Sequence record: SRR20825019_789
Direction: 5' to 3' (one strand)
Length of the DNA: 35,043 nt
This document shows, piece by piece, positions 8,935 to 18,369 of the stretch; the stretch's first letter is position 1, and every line of letters begins with the position of its first letter. Under the pieces are notes generated by a model. That model was not told where the DNA came from, searched no databases, and worked only from the letters and a program-made list of their open reading frames with translations. A program made the translations under genes and the position numbers.

Positions 8935-9838
8935 TTCTGATTTCCTGCATCAATTTATCGCCCCCTTTTTGCAATACCTCTTCGGCACTTATTTTTCCAA
9001 GGTCTTTGGCTTCGGACAATTTCACTTCTTTTTTGATATCGATTTTCTGCTTGCCATCCAAAGAGAAAACAACACCTTCAAAATGAACCGTTTGGTCTTT
9101 TATTTGCGCCAAAGCACCTATTGGTGCGGTACAACCTCCTTCCAAGGTGCGTAAAAATTCACGCTCGATGGTGGTTCCCATCTCGGTTTCGGGATGGTTG
9201 AGTTTGCCCAATGCTTCTTTGGTGAAATCGTCTTCTTCCTTGGCCACGACCAACATGGCGCCTTGAGCTGGAGCGGGAATCATCCAATCCAATTGAATGG
9301 CATCTTTGGGCAATAGTTTGATGCGTTCCAATCCGGCCTGAGCAAAAATGGCACCCTCCCAATCGTTTTCAATGAGTTTCAGCAATCTGGTGTTGACATT
9401 TCCCCGGAGATCAACCACTTTGTGGTTGGGATATTTGTTCAACCATTGCGCTTTTCGCCGCAAACTTCCAGTCGCGATGGTTGCGGGCTGGTCATTTTCC
9501 AAAAAGGCTGACCCTTTGTGCACCAAAATATCGTAGGTCATCGCGCGTTCCAAAACCGCTACTTGAACTATTCCTTTGGGCAGTTGGGTGGGTACATCCT
9601 TCATGGAGTGTACCGCAATGTCAATGTCTCCTTTGAGCAGGGCAACATCCAAAGTTTTGGTAAAAATGCCCGTAACGCCCAACTCGTAAAGTGGCTTGTC
9701 CAGCACTTGGTCTCCCAAAGATTTGGTCGGAACCAAAATGGTGTCGTACCCAAGTGCTTCCAACTTTTGTTGTACGGTGGTGGCTTGCCACAGCGCCAAT
9801 TCGCTGTCGCGGGTTCCAATGCGGATTATTTTGCTCAT
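8912..9838 (-). CDS. hemC: Hydroxymethylbilane synthase (porphobilinogen deaminase)
   Basis: IRIGTRDSELALWQ, AVHSMKDVP, TGSLRR, LRGNVNTRL, PAPAQG, LEGGCTAPIG. Confidence 0.98.
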   Translation of the reverse strand: MSKIIRIGTRDSELALWQATTVQQKLEALGYDTILVPTKSLGDQVLDKPLYELGVTGIFTKTLDVALLKGDIDIAVHSMKDVPTQLPKGIVQVAVLERAMTYDILVHKGSAFLENDQPATIATGSLRRKAQWLNKYPNHKVVDLRGNVNTRLLKLIENDWEGAIFAQAGLERIKLLPKDAIQLDWMIPAPAQGAMLVVAKEEDDFTKEALGKLNHPETEMGTTIEREFLRTLEGGCTAPIGALAQIKDQTVHFEGVVFSLDGKQKIDIKKEVKLSEAKDLGKISAEEVLQKGGDKLMQEIRNENSALH

Positions 9839-11091
9839 TTGGAGTGTAGTTCTAGCTGAAAAACTTTCTGGATCAGCTCCAAGCTATCATCGGTATCGAC
9901 CTCGTTGCTCTTCAGGTGGTTGGCAAACTGCTTGGTGATTTTTTGAATGATCCGGTCTGAGATGATTTCTGCCTGAATTTGGTCGAATCCTTCAATTTTT
10001 TTGGTCTGAAAATCGATTTCCTCGGTTTTCATCGTGTTCAGTTTGTCCTTGAGTGCATTGATCACAGGGGCAAACTTGCGGGTTTCCAGCCATTTCAGGA
10101 AATCCTTTTTTACTTTTTCTATGATAGCTTCCGCTTTGGGAACGTATTCTTTTCGTTTGGCCAAGGTTTCGTCGGTAATCTGTGAGAGTTGATCCAAATG
10201 CACCAAGGTCACGTTGTCCAGTTCCTTCACATCGTCCGATACGTTTTTGGGAACTGACAAATCCAACACCAATAATGGTTTTTTGGGATAGATGAGTGCT
10301 TTGGAAACGGTGGGTAATTGGGCACCCGTGGCAACCACAAGAATATCTGCTTTACGTATTTCGGTTTGCAAATCGCCATAATCCTTAACGGTCAACTGAA
10401 ATTTGCCTGCAATGTCCTCCGCTTTTTCCCGAGTTCGGTTGATCAAGGTAATATGGGAATTATTGGAGTGCTTTACCAAGTTTTCGCAGGTGTTTCTTCC
10501 AATTTTCCCCGTTCCGAACAAGAGGATGTTCTTGTCGGAAATGTCATCAACATTGTCCAAAATATATTTTACCGAAGCAAAAGCTACGGATGTGGCACCA
10601 GAAGATATTTCCGTTTCGTTTTTGATACGCTTGCTGGCCTGAATCACAGCATTGCACAAGCGCTCCATGAACGGATTGGCCATATCATACTTTTTGGCAC
10701 GATAAAACCCTTGCTTAATTTGGCTGATGATTTCAAAATCACCTAAAATCTGACTGTCAAGACCGGTTCCCACTTTGAACATATGCGAAATGGCATCGTG
10801 ATTTTTGTACACATAGGCCACTTCCTGGAACTCTTCAACCGTTCCATGGGTCTCGTCGCAAAGTAATTTGATAAGCTGGTAGGGGTGTTGTGCAAAACCG
10901 TAGAGTTCTGTACGGTTACAAGTAGAGATGGCCAGAAGACCATCAATTCCGATTTCCTTGGCCTTGCCCAAAATATGGTCAATGGCAGGAACATCCAGAC
11001 TGAACTTTCCTCTCACCTCTGCATCCGCCTTCTTGTAACTTAACCCAACGGCATAGAAGGAATTATGTTTTGAAATATGGTAGTCCCTCAT
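9835..11091 (-). CDS. hemA: Glutamyl-tRNA reductase
   Basis: STCNRTELY, GLDSQILGDFEI, GTGKIG, NRT, DLSVPKNV. Start moved to ATG 11091 because a -7 promoter element lies inside the longer ORF. Confidence 0.97.
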   Translation of the reverse strand: MRDYHISKHNSFYAVGLSYKKADAEVRGKFSLDVPAIDHILGKAKEIGIDGLLAISTCNRTELYGFAQHPYQLIKLLCDETHGTVEEFQEVAYVYKNHDAISHMFKVGTGLDSQILGDFEIISQIKQGFYRAKKYDMANPFMERLCNAVIQASKRIKNETEISSGATSVAFASVKYILDNVDDISDKNILLFGTGKIGRNTCENLVKHSNNSHITLINRTREKAEDIAGKFQLTVKDYGDLQTEIRKADILVVATGAQLPTVSKALIYPKKPLLVLDLSVPKNVSDDVKELDNVTLVHLDQLSQITDETLAKRKEYVPKAEAIIEKVKKDFLKWLETRKFAPVINALKDKLNTMKTEEIDFQTKKIEGFDQIQAEIISDRIIQKITKQFANHLKSNEVDTDDSLELIQKVFQLELHSK

Positions 11092-11111
11092 AAAGGATAT
11101 AAATCGCAGCA

Positions 11112-11119
11112 CAAAAATA
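11112..11119 (-). promoter_or_regulatory. Candidate -7 promoter element (TATTTTTG) for the hemA operon
   Basis: TAnnTTTG match 20 nt upstream of the hemA ATG at 11091. Confidence 0.6.
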
Positions 11120-11248
11120 ACAGGCTTATAGGTCAAAAAATAACGCTAGCGGTACTATAAATAACTACGGCTGTTATTTTATGATTTATTTTTGATTAAA
11201 ATGACATAACACATTGGTATTATTGATAAATTTGATAATCAACAATAC

Positions 11249-11269
11249 AATTTAGAGCGATTCTAAATT
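11249..11269. promoter_or_regulatory. Palindromic operator, Bacteroidota Fur-box-like
   Basis: aatttaga-gcgat-tctaaatt: perfect 8-bp inverted arms with a 5-bp spacer, upstream of the AraC gene in the hemA/araC divergent region. Confidence 0.6.
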
Positions 11270-11301
11270 AAGTCAAAAGCAAAATCAGATTGAAAACCAA
11301 T

Positions 11302-12180
11302 ATGAAAAATATCGCTGGCGGTTCATATGATGAAATTTTGGTCGAAGACGGAATTTACATCCTCAAAATCCAGAACGATACCCAAGAACCTAAGCTGATA
11401 GCAAGGGATATAGACAGTTCCTACATTCAATTTCACTTTTGTTTGAAGGGAAAGTCAAAGTTCAATTTTAACGAGGGCAACTACTATTTGGAGGTAAATG
11501 AAGAAAACTCCCTTTTGCTCTACAATACCCAAAAAGATTTACCGCTTGATTTAGTGGTGTCGCCAGGGTCTTGGCTGCTCTCGGTGGTCATGACCATCAG
11601 GAAATTTCACTCTTTATTTTCAGATGAAGCGGACTACATTCCGTTTTTGAGTGAGGAAAACAAGGAGAAAAAGTATTATTCCCAAGAAATGGTGTCCCCC
11701 GCCACGGCCGTTGTCCTAAGCCAATTGATGAACTATAACTTGCATCCATCCATCAAAAAACTGTATTTAAAGGGTAAGGTCTACGAACTGATTTCCCTCT
11801 ATTTCAACAAGACCGAAGACGCCGATCTGGAACAATGCCCCTATTTGGCAGATGAGGATAATGTCCGTCGTATCCGTATGGCCAAGGAGATTATGATTTC
11901 TCGAATGGCCGAGCCGCCAACATTGGCCGAACTGTCTCAAGAAGTGGGATTGAGCCTTAAAAAGTTGAAAGAAGGCTTCAAACAAATCTATGGAGACTCC
12001 GTATTTGGGTTTCTGTTCGATTATAAAATGGAATATGCCCGCAAAATGCTGGAAACCGGCAAGCACAATGTCAACGAAGTGGGACTTAAGGTCGGGTACA
12101 GTACGGCCAGTCATTTTATAGCCTCTTTTAAAAAGAAGTTCGGTACAACACCCAAAAAATACTTAACTTCAAACGTCTAA
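11302..12180 (+). CDS. AraC-family transcriptional regulator (PchR-like C-terminus)
   Basis: PPTLAELSQEVGLSLKKLKEGFKQIYG and VNEVGLKVGYSTASHFIASFKKKFGTTP double HTH. ATG at 11302 or TTG at 11290. Confidence 0.95.
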   Translation: MKNIAGGSYDEILVEDGIYILKIQNDTQEPKLIARDIDSSYIQFHFCLKGKSKFNFNEGNYYLEVNEENSLLLYNTQKDLPLDLVVSPGSWLLSVVMTIRKFHSLFSDEADYIPFLSEENKEKKYYSQEMVSPATAVVLSQLMNYNLHPSIKKLYLKGKVYELISLYFNKTEDADLEQCPYLADEDNVRRIRMAKEIMISRMAEPPTLAELSQEVGLSLKKLKEGFKQIYGDSVFGFLFDYKMEYARKMLETGKHNVNEVGLKVGYSTASHFIASFKKKFGTTPKKYLTSNV

Positions 12181-12191
12181 ACAAACAGCAT

Positions 12192-12950
12192 ATGAGAATC
12201 TTCACATTATCCTTGCTTGCCCTTTGTTTTATATTTCAAATGGAGGCGCAAGACACACCTACAACTGAATCGGAAGCCCAAAAAATGCCAGAATTGGTAC
12301 TGGTTTTCTCCAAAACCAAAGGATGGCGGCATAAATCGATTGAGAAAGGAGTGCAGACGCTTAGGGAACTGGGCAGGGAAAACGGTTTTATCGCTTTACA
12401 GACGGAATCAGGAGAGGATTTTACGGCCTCAAACCTTAAAAATTACAAACTTGTCGTGTTTTTAAGCACCACGTTGGATGTGTTGAACGACGCACAACAA
12501 CGTGCATTTGAATCGTACATTAAAGGAGGAGGTGCTTTTTTGGGAATCCATGCAGCGTCGGATACCGAATATGATTGGCCTTGGTATGGAAAGTTGGTAG
12601 GGGGTTATTTTGTAAGTCACCCCAGCGACCCCAACGTCCGGCAGGCAAAAATTGATGTGGTGAGCAAGGCGCATCCGTCCACGGAGCACTTACAAGATTC
12701 CTGGACTAGAACCGATGAGTGGTACAACTTTAAGGATTTAAATCAGGACGTTACTGTTTTGCTCAATTTGGATGAGACCACTTACGAAGGCGGAACCAAT
12801 GGCTCCAATCATCCGATAGCATGGTATCACGAATTTGATGGAGGAAGAGCTTTCTATACGGGCGGTGGCCATACCGAGGACGCCTATGATGAACCTATGT
12901 TCCGCCAACATCTTTTAGGTGCCATTGAATGGTGCCTAAAGCGAAAGTAA
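12192..12950 (+). CDS. Secreted ThuA-like (class I GATase fold) domain protein
   Basis: Signal peptide; VFSKTKGWRHKSI, GIHAASDTEYDWPWY, DEWYNF, HPIAWYHEFDGGRAFYTGGGH. Confidence 0.9.
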   Translation: MRIFTLSLLALCFIFQMEAQDTPTTESEAQKMPELVLVFSKTKGWRHKSIEKGVQTLRELGRENGFIALQTESGEDFTASNLKNYKLVVFLSTTLDVLNDAQQRAFESYIKGGGAFLGIHAASDTEYDWPWYGKLVGGYFVSHPSDPNVRQAKIDVVSKAHPSTEHLQDSWTRTDEWYNFKDLNQDVTVLLNLDETTYEGGTNGSNHPIAWYHEFDGGRAFYTGGGHTEDAYDEPMFRQHLLGAIEWCLKRK

Positions 12951-13820
12951 GGTCGGTCTTGCCACAATGATTCCAATGTTGCTTTTGATATTTTTTAGGT
13001 AATCCGCCAAGGGCAATTCGGATATTTCTACCTCACCATTTTTGCTGGAGGCGTGCAATAAATGCAATCTTCCATCAGGTTGATGGATGGCGATTCCCGT
13101 GTGGGTCACGTCCAACCCTTTTATGGAGGTGGCCAAGGCAAGAATGTCTCCCGACTTGATGAGGTGTTCCTTGCCTTCAATTTGGCCCTGTGGCAGGTAG
13201 CAGAGTTTTTCCTCGGCAATATCTTTCTCTACAGCTAACATGGCTTCATAATTCTCGTCACTGGCCAAAAATGGGTACAAGTTTCGATGTGTCCCCATAA
13301 AATTGATAGCTTTTTCAAGCTCCACTCCGCCTAGTTCGGCGGTGATATCCTTGACCAAACCCTTTTTCTCGTTGTTTCGAATCCATTCCGTAAAATAATG
13401 GAGACGAGAGGGGTAACCTTCTAAATTTCCGTTTCTATACCGAACGGTCTCTAGGTTTTCCGTGAAATTTTCAAAATCCTGCTGTTGGTTTTTCAGCATC
13501 AGGCTAAAGGCCAGCACATTTTCCACAAAAGTGGTGCAATCCAGTCCACCAAAATTCACGACCAAGGTTTCCGTATCGCCAACCTCAAGGGTTTTTTCCA
13601 CGTAAGGCGTTCCCAAAAAGGATTGTCCGACCAAAGCAATGGTATCCCCTAAGCCCGATGCTTTTGTTTGTTCCAGCACAGATATTTTGGTCTCGAAAAG
13701 GGATTTGTCCTTTGTAGAACAGGTGATTTGTTGGGCTTCTATCTTCGTCAAGAATCCCAACAACATCAAAAAAAACAGAAAAAAACTTTTAGTTAGAATG
13801 TTTGAAAATGAATATCTCAT
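12936..13820 (-). CDS. DUF1460 N-acetylmuramoyl-L-alanine amidase-like protein (NlpC/P60 superfamily)
   Basis: FLGTPYV, GLDCTTFVE (catalytic Cys), RLHYFTEW, GLDVTHTG, LLHASS. Start uncertain; ATG 13820 gives a plausible signal peptide. Confidence 0.88.
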   Translation of the reverse strand: MRYSFSNILTKSFFLFFLMLLGFLTKIEAQQITCSTKDKSLFETKISVLEQTKASGLGDTIALVGQSFLGTPYVEKTLEVGDTETLVVNFGGLDCTTFVENVLAFSLMLKNQQQDFENFTENLETVRYRNGNLEGYPSRLHYFTEWIRNNEKKGLVKDITAELGGVELEKAINFMGTHRNLYPFLASDENYEAMLAVEKDIAEEKLCYLPQGQIEGKEHLIKSGDILALATSIKGLDVTHTGIAIHQPDGRLHLLHASSKNGEVEISELPLADYLKNIKSNIGIIVARPTLLSL

Positions 13821-15144
13821 GGGAGTTGTAATATGTTTTAAGTTCTGGGTTGATAAATTCAACCTGTAACAATTGATCATAGGTGATGAAGTCCAAATGT
13901 AATTTGGTCGAGGTCAAATTTAAATCTTCAATCTTTAAGTTTGGATAAGCTGACTGTATTTCTTCCGGAATGTCCCCAATAGTTCCTGAACTCCCAGGCG
14001 CAGAAATAATATTCCAATTAGTCTGAACTAAATCTACATATCTTTCGCCTTCTGTAACCTCCCAGGAAACATCTTGCATTTGAAAATCCAGATTGGTTTC
14101 AAATTGATAATTGGAGATTGATTCATCAAAAACAGTTATTGTCGCATCATTAGGAATGGATATTTCATTCGGCTTGTCACCAAATTTCACTAAGCTATAA
14201 GCATAGGTGTCATTGTTTAATGATAAAACGCTGTGATATTTGGAATAGGCATCCAAATAGCCAAGCTTTAGTGGGTCGGTGGAATCTGAATCAACAATGT
14301 CAATAATAAAATAGAAGTGAATACCGTTGGACACACTTATATTTTGATTTTCTTCAAAGGTGTTCACCACAGCCAATAGATTGTGTTGAGCACTATCTTG
14401 TGGAAGGTTCACCTCAAGATAGCTATCATAAGACTGGAAATCTGAATAATCCAGGATGATTTCATCCCCGTCGGAAACATTTTCGATTGAATAATATTTC
14501 ACTTGGTTGTTGGAGTCATAGAATGAGTAGAACAACTTTTCTTCTTGATAAATAGAAATATTTTCATTGAAAATATTTTGTGTGACACCTTCAAAATCCG
14601 GACCGTAATCGGATTGAATAAAACCTCCTGTGTCCGAAAAGAACTGATATTTGGGTGATATGGCATCATTCACGGTTATGCTTACACTGCCAAGTGGGCT
14701 TCCCCTTTCAACTTCGTTGTTTGCTTTAGCATTAGGAGTATGTTTCCAATTTGATTCCGTCGATATATTTGGATAGGATTTAATTGTATGCAACATTTCT
14801 CCTTCAACTGAGTTTTTGTAGTTGAATAGTGTAATGGTGAAATTATCGGGATGGGGTTCTTCTTTTAAAACCTGAAATTCAAATTTGTCTCCAAACTCGA
14901 ACGATTTAAAGTCTAACAAAACGCCATTTTCATCATGAATGATGACCCAATCATCTGTATCACCGGTGTTGGTTAAAGCCTCAAAAGTAAAATAGGTCAC
15001 CATTTCTGGCTCTTGTTCGTCAGGGTTTTCATTTGTTGGTTCTTCTCCTTCCGTAGGATTGGGATTAGGTGGTTGGGATTCGTCTTTGGAGCATCCATTA
15101 CAAATAAAAAGAATGCCCAGTAACAATGGGAATAGGTTTTTCAT
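13789..15144 (-). CDS. Hypothetical acidic lipoprotein
   Basis: Long ORF; MKNLFPLLLGILFICNG-C-SKDE lipoprotein signal, then a P/E/N-rich linker. No recognisable family. Confidence 0.8.
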   Translation of the reverse strand: MKNLFPLLLGILFICNGCSKDESQPPNPNPTEGEEPTNENPDEQEPEMVTYFTFEALTNTGDTDDWVIIHDENGVLLDFKSFEFGDKFEFQVLKEEPHPDNFTITLFNYKNSVEGEMLHTIKSYPNISTESNWKHTPNAKANNEVERGSPLGSVSITVNDAISPKYQFFSDTGGFIQSDYGPDFEGVTQNIFNENISIYQEEKLFYSFYDSNNQVKYYSIENVSDGDEIILDYSDFQSYDSYLEVNLPQDSAQHNLLAVVNTFEENQNISVSNGIHFYFIIDIVDSDSTDPLKLGYLDAYSKYHSVLSLNNDTYAYSLVKFGDKPNEISIPNDATITVFDESISNYQFETNLDFQMQDVSWEVTEGERYVDLVQTNWNIISAPGSSGTIGDIPEEIQSAYPNLKIEDLNLTSTKLHLDFITYDQLLQVEFINPELKTYYNSHEIFIFKHSN

Positions 15145-15229
15145 GTACATAGTTTGGTTGCTTTAAAGATAAGTATCTCAATAAAATACCGTAGAAAACT
15201 CTGGCAAACAGTAAAAAACAAGGTTGAGT

Positions 15230-16303
15230 TTAAGCGTTGGTGCGGTTGTCCTCTTTACGTTCAACCGTCAATCGCGTAGTCCTCGCAATGCTCTCGGGAT
15301 AATTTTCTTGTAAATATTCAATAAGCTTCTCACGGACATGCACCCGTAAATCCCATCCTGTCGGCGAATCTTTGGAACTGACCAAGCACCTGATTTCTAC
15401 ATAATTGGGTTTGGTGTCCGTAACCTGCACCACATCTACATTACCGTCCCACAGGTCCGTGTTGTTTAAGATACGTGTTTGTTCTTCCCTAATTTTATCA
15501 AAAGGAACATTGTAATCCACATATAAAAATATGGTCCCCAGTAGTTCAGATGAGGTCTTGGTCCAGTTTTGGAACGGTTGGTTGATAAAGTAGGGTGTGG
15601 GCACGATCAAACGTCTTTTGTCCCAAATGCTCACCACCACATAGGTCAAAGTAATCTCCTCGATTCGCCCCCATTCGCCTTCCACGATCACCACATCATC
15701 CAGTTTTATGGGCTGGGCAATGGCAATTTGGATACCGGCCAAAATTGTCCCGATAAACTGCTGTGCCGAAAAACCAATAATGATTCCCGCAACACCCGCA
15801 GAGGCAAAAATACTGATGCCCACTTCTCGGATTTCTTCAAAGCTCATCAAAATAAAGCCTACGCTCAACAGTATTATAATGAAAATGAAGATGCGTTCTA
15901 GAATGGTAAACTGTGTATACACCTTTCGTGCCTTTAGGTTGTCCGCTACTCCAATATCATAATTTTGAATGACTGCTTTTTTTATGATTTTAAGCAAAGC
16001 GATCATGGCCCAGGCCATCGCAAAGATAAAGAGCAAGGTACTGGCTTTTTTAAACCAGTATTCCGCGTTTTCCAAATTCAAGAGGTCGCGGAGCGCTTTC
16101 ATTCGTAGGAGAACCGATATAAAAATCAATACCAATGGAATGGCCAAGCGACGAAATGCGCTTTTTGGCAAAAGATATTTTGGGTTTTTGCCCAAACGTT
16201 TCAGCACAACGGATGTGCTCCAATACAGTACGACCAGTACAAAAAGGGCAATGCCCAAATAAATAAGGGATTCTTTGGAAACATTGTCGTAGAAGGACTC
16301 CAT
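15230..16303 (-). CDS. Small-conductance mechanosensitive channel (MscS family)
   Basis: TM helices, SAGVAGIIIGFSAQ, PIKLDDVVIVEGEWGRIEEITLTY, PFQNWT. Confidence 0.93.
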   Translation of the reverse strand: MESFYDNVSKESLIYLGIALFVLVVLYWSTSVVLKRLGKNPKYLLPKSAFRRLAIPLVLIFISVLLRMKALRDLLNLENAEYWFKKASTLLFIFAMAWAMIALLKIIKKAVIQNYDIGVADNLKARKVYTQFTILERIFIFIIILLSVGFILMSFEEIREVGISIFASAGVAGIIIGFSAQQFIGTILAGIQIAIAQPIKLDDVVIVEGEWGRIEEITLTYVVVSIWDKRRLIVPTPYFINQPFQNWTKTSSELLGTIFLYVDYNVPFDKIREEQTRILNNTDLWDGNVDVVQVTDTKPNYVEIRCLVSSKDSPTGWDLRVHVREKLIEYLQENYPESIARTTRLTVERKEDNRTNA

Positions 16304-16449
16304 ATTTCAAAAATAAGACAGAAAAGCCCAAGGAAGGAAGAATGCTTAAACAAAATCGAAAATCATTATTTTATCATAAAAAAGTATTTTGATGTGGAAA
16401 AGGTGAAGTCCGCTTCGTGTTGTATTTTAGCGGCCTAAACTAAAATGCC

Positions 16450-17496
16450 GTGAAAAAAGGAGTTTTATTGGTCAATTTGGGATCTCCCGATAGCCCTACC
16501 GCAAAGGATGTAAAGCCATATTTGGATGAATTTTTGATGGACGAACGCGTTATCGACGTCAATCCTGTGTTAAGGAACATCATTGTACGGGGGATTATAT
16601 TAAATACCCGTCCCAAGAAATCCGCGGAGGCCTATTCCAAAATTTGGTGGGATGAAGGGTCTCCGTTGATCATTATTTCCGAAAGATTCGCGAAAAAAGT
16701 GCAAAAACATACAGACCTTCCCGTGGCCCTTGGGATGCGTTACGGTTCGGGGTCCATTAAAGAAGGTTTACAAGAATTAAAGGAGAAAGGGGTCGATGAG
16801 GTGTTCTTGGTACCATTGTATCCACATTATGCCATGTCGTCCTACGAAACAGTCGTTGTAAAAGCACTTGAAGTGCAACAACAGGATTTTCCCGAGATGC
16901 ACATAACCACATTGCCCGCTTTTTACAGTAACCCAGATTACATTAAAATATTGTCAAAAAGTATTGCCGAAGGTTTACAGGGATTTGACTACGACCATAT
17001 TCTATTTTCCTATCATGGAATTCCCGAAAGGCATATTAGAAAATCGGACCCTACCAAGTTCCATTGCCAATTGAACGGAACTTGTTGCAAGACGAATTCT
17101 GTGGCCCACCAAACCTGCTACAGGCACCAATGTTATGATACTACCGAGCTGGTAAAAAAGGAACTTGGCCTGCCAGAGGATAAAGTGAGCACTTCGTTCC
17201 AATCCAGATTGGGAAGCGACCCTTGGTTGCAACCCTTCACGGACAAAGAGTTTGAGCGCTTGGGGGAAGAAGGTATCAAAAAACTGGCCGTGATCACCCC
17301 AGCATTCGTCAGTGATTGTTTGGAGACTTTGGAAGAGATCGCCATGGAGGGAAAGGAGCAGTTTCAAGAAGCTGGAGGGGGTGATTACATCCATATTCCC
17401 TGTTTGAACGACCGTGATGATTGGGCCGAATTGATGGCCAAATGGATCAAGAATTGGGAAGAAAGGGATCTATTGCCCGAAACCAACATCCGATAA
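16450..17496 (+). CDS. hemH: Protoporphyrin ferrochelatase with internal Cys cluster
   Basis: GVLLVNLGSP, GSPL, GMRYG, PLYPHY, FSYHGIP, FQSRLG..WLQP, FVSDCLETLEEI. GTG start. Confidence 0.98.
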   Translation: MKKGVLLVNLGSPDSPTAKDVKPYLDEFLMDERVIDVNPVLRNIIVRGIILNTRPKKSAEAYSKIWWDEGSPLIIISERFAKKVQKHTDLPVALGMRYGSGSIKEGLQELKEKGVDEVFLVPLYPHYAMSSYETVVVKALEVQQQDFPEMHITTLPAFYSNPDYIKILSKSIAEGLQGFDYDHILFSYHGIPERHIRKSDPTKFHCQLNGTCCKTNSVAHQTCYRHQCYDTTELVKKELGLPEDKVSTSFQSRLGSDPWLQPFTDKEFERLGEEGIKKLAVITPAFVSDCLETLEEIAMEGKEQFQEAGGGDYIHIPCLNDRDDWAELMAKWIKNWEERDLLPETNIR

Positions 17497-17530
17497 ATTG
17501 CGTAAAGAAGAAGAGAACAAAATAGTTGCC

Positions 17531-18322
17531 ATGAAAATTGAAAACTTGGAGCACGAGCTTCAACCCCTTCGTGAAAAATTAAAGAACCACCCATTGTATG
17601 CTCAATTGGAATCCGTTGAGGATATTAAAACCTTCATGGAGAGCCATATCTACGCCGTTTGGGATTTTATGTCACTTTTAAAAGCCCTGCAGCAACATTT
17701 GACCTGTGTGAGCTTGCCATGGCACCCCGCCGACGATACTTCGGTGGCACGGTTCATTAATGAGATTGTGCTGGAGGAAGAGAGCGATTTCAACGAGGAG
17801 GGAGAACCCAAAAGTCATTTTGAAATGTACCTCGATGCCATGCAGGAGGTGCAGGCGGACACCCAGAAGGCTGAAGCCATCATTTCGTCTTTCACTGATT
17901 TAAAAACGATTTCAAACCAAATTGAAGGGGCAGAACTCAATCGGGCCGAAAAGAATTTTCTTCAATTTACTTTCCAGGTCATCAATAGTCAACAACCGCA
18001 TCGTATTGCGGCTGCCTTTACCTTTGGTCGCGAAGACTTGATTCCCGATATGTTCTTGGGCATCATTGAGCAATCTGGGGAAAAAGGTGCGAGCAACTAC
18101 AAAAAACTGGAATATTACCTCAAAAGACATATTGAATTGGATGGGGACGAGCACGGCCCTTTGGCATTGCGCATGATTAAGGCACTTTGCGGTACCGACG
18201 ACAAAAAGTGGAACGATGTTTTACAATACAGCAAGCAAGCGCTCCAATTCCGAATCGAGCTTTGGGACAGTATTGCCGAAAAACTAAAAGAGAACAAAGG
18301 GAATTTGGTGAATGCGTTGTAG
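17531..18322 (+). CDS. DUF3050 protein, heme-oxygenase-like helical (putative diiron) fold
   Basis: HPLY, HIYAVWDFMSLLKALQ, RFINEIVLEEESD, SHFEMY, FTFGREDLIP, YLKRHIELDGDEHG. ATG 17531 preferred over TTG 17498. Confidence 0.85.
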   Translation: MKIENLEHELQPLREKLKNHPLYAQLESVEDIKTFMESHIYAVWDFMSLLKALQQHLTCVSLPWHPADDTSVARFINEIVLEEESDFNEEGEPKSHFEMYLDAMQEVQADTQKAEAIISSFTDLKTISNQIEGAELNRAEKNFLQFTFQVINSQQPHRIAAAFTFGREDLIPDMFLGIIEQSGEKGASNYKKLEYYLKRHIELDGDEHGPLALRMIKALCGTDDKKWNDVLQYSKQALQFRIELWDSIAEKLKENKGNLVNAL

Positions 18323-18369
18323 TTTTGAACCAGAATTGCCTTCATTTTAAATAAAGAATACCCGCTGGC

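Noticed and set aside
11092..11136. N-terminal extension of HemA in the ORF track (similar extensions at 13821-13880, 17498-17530 and 21838-21915)
   Set aside because: Downstream ATGs give better N-termini or signal peptides and avoid promoter elements or large overlaps.
16350..16449. Shared operator between the hemH and hemA upstream regions (tcataaaa; gt(a)ccgct)
   Set aside because: The matches are short, in AT-rich DNA, and at different distances from the putative -7 elements.
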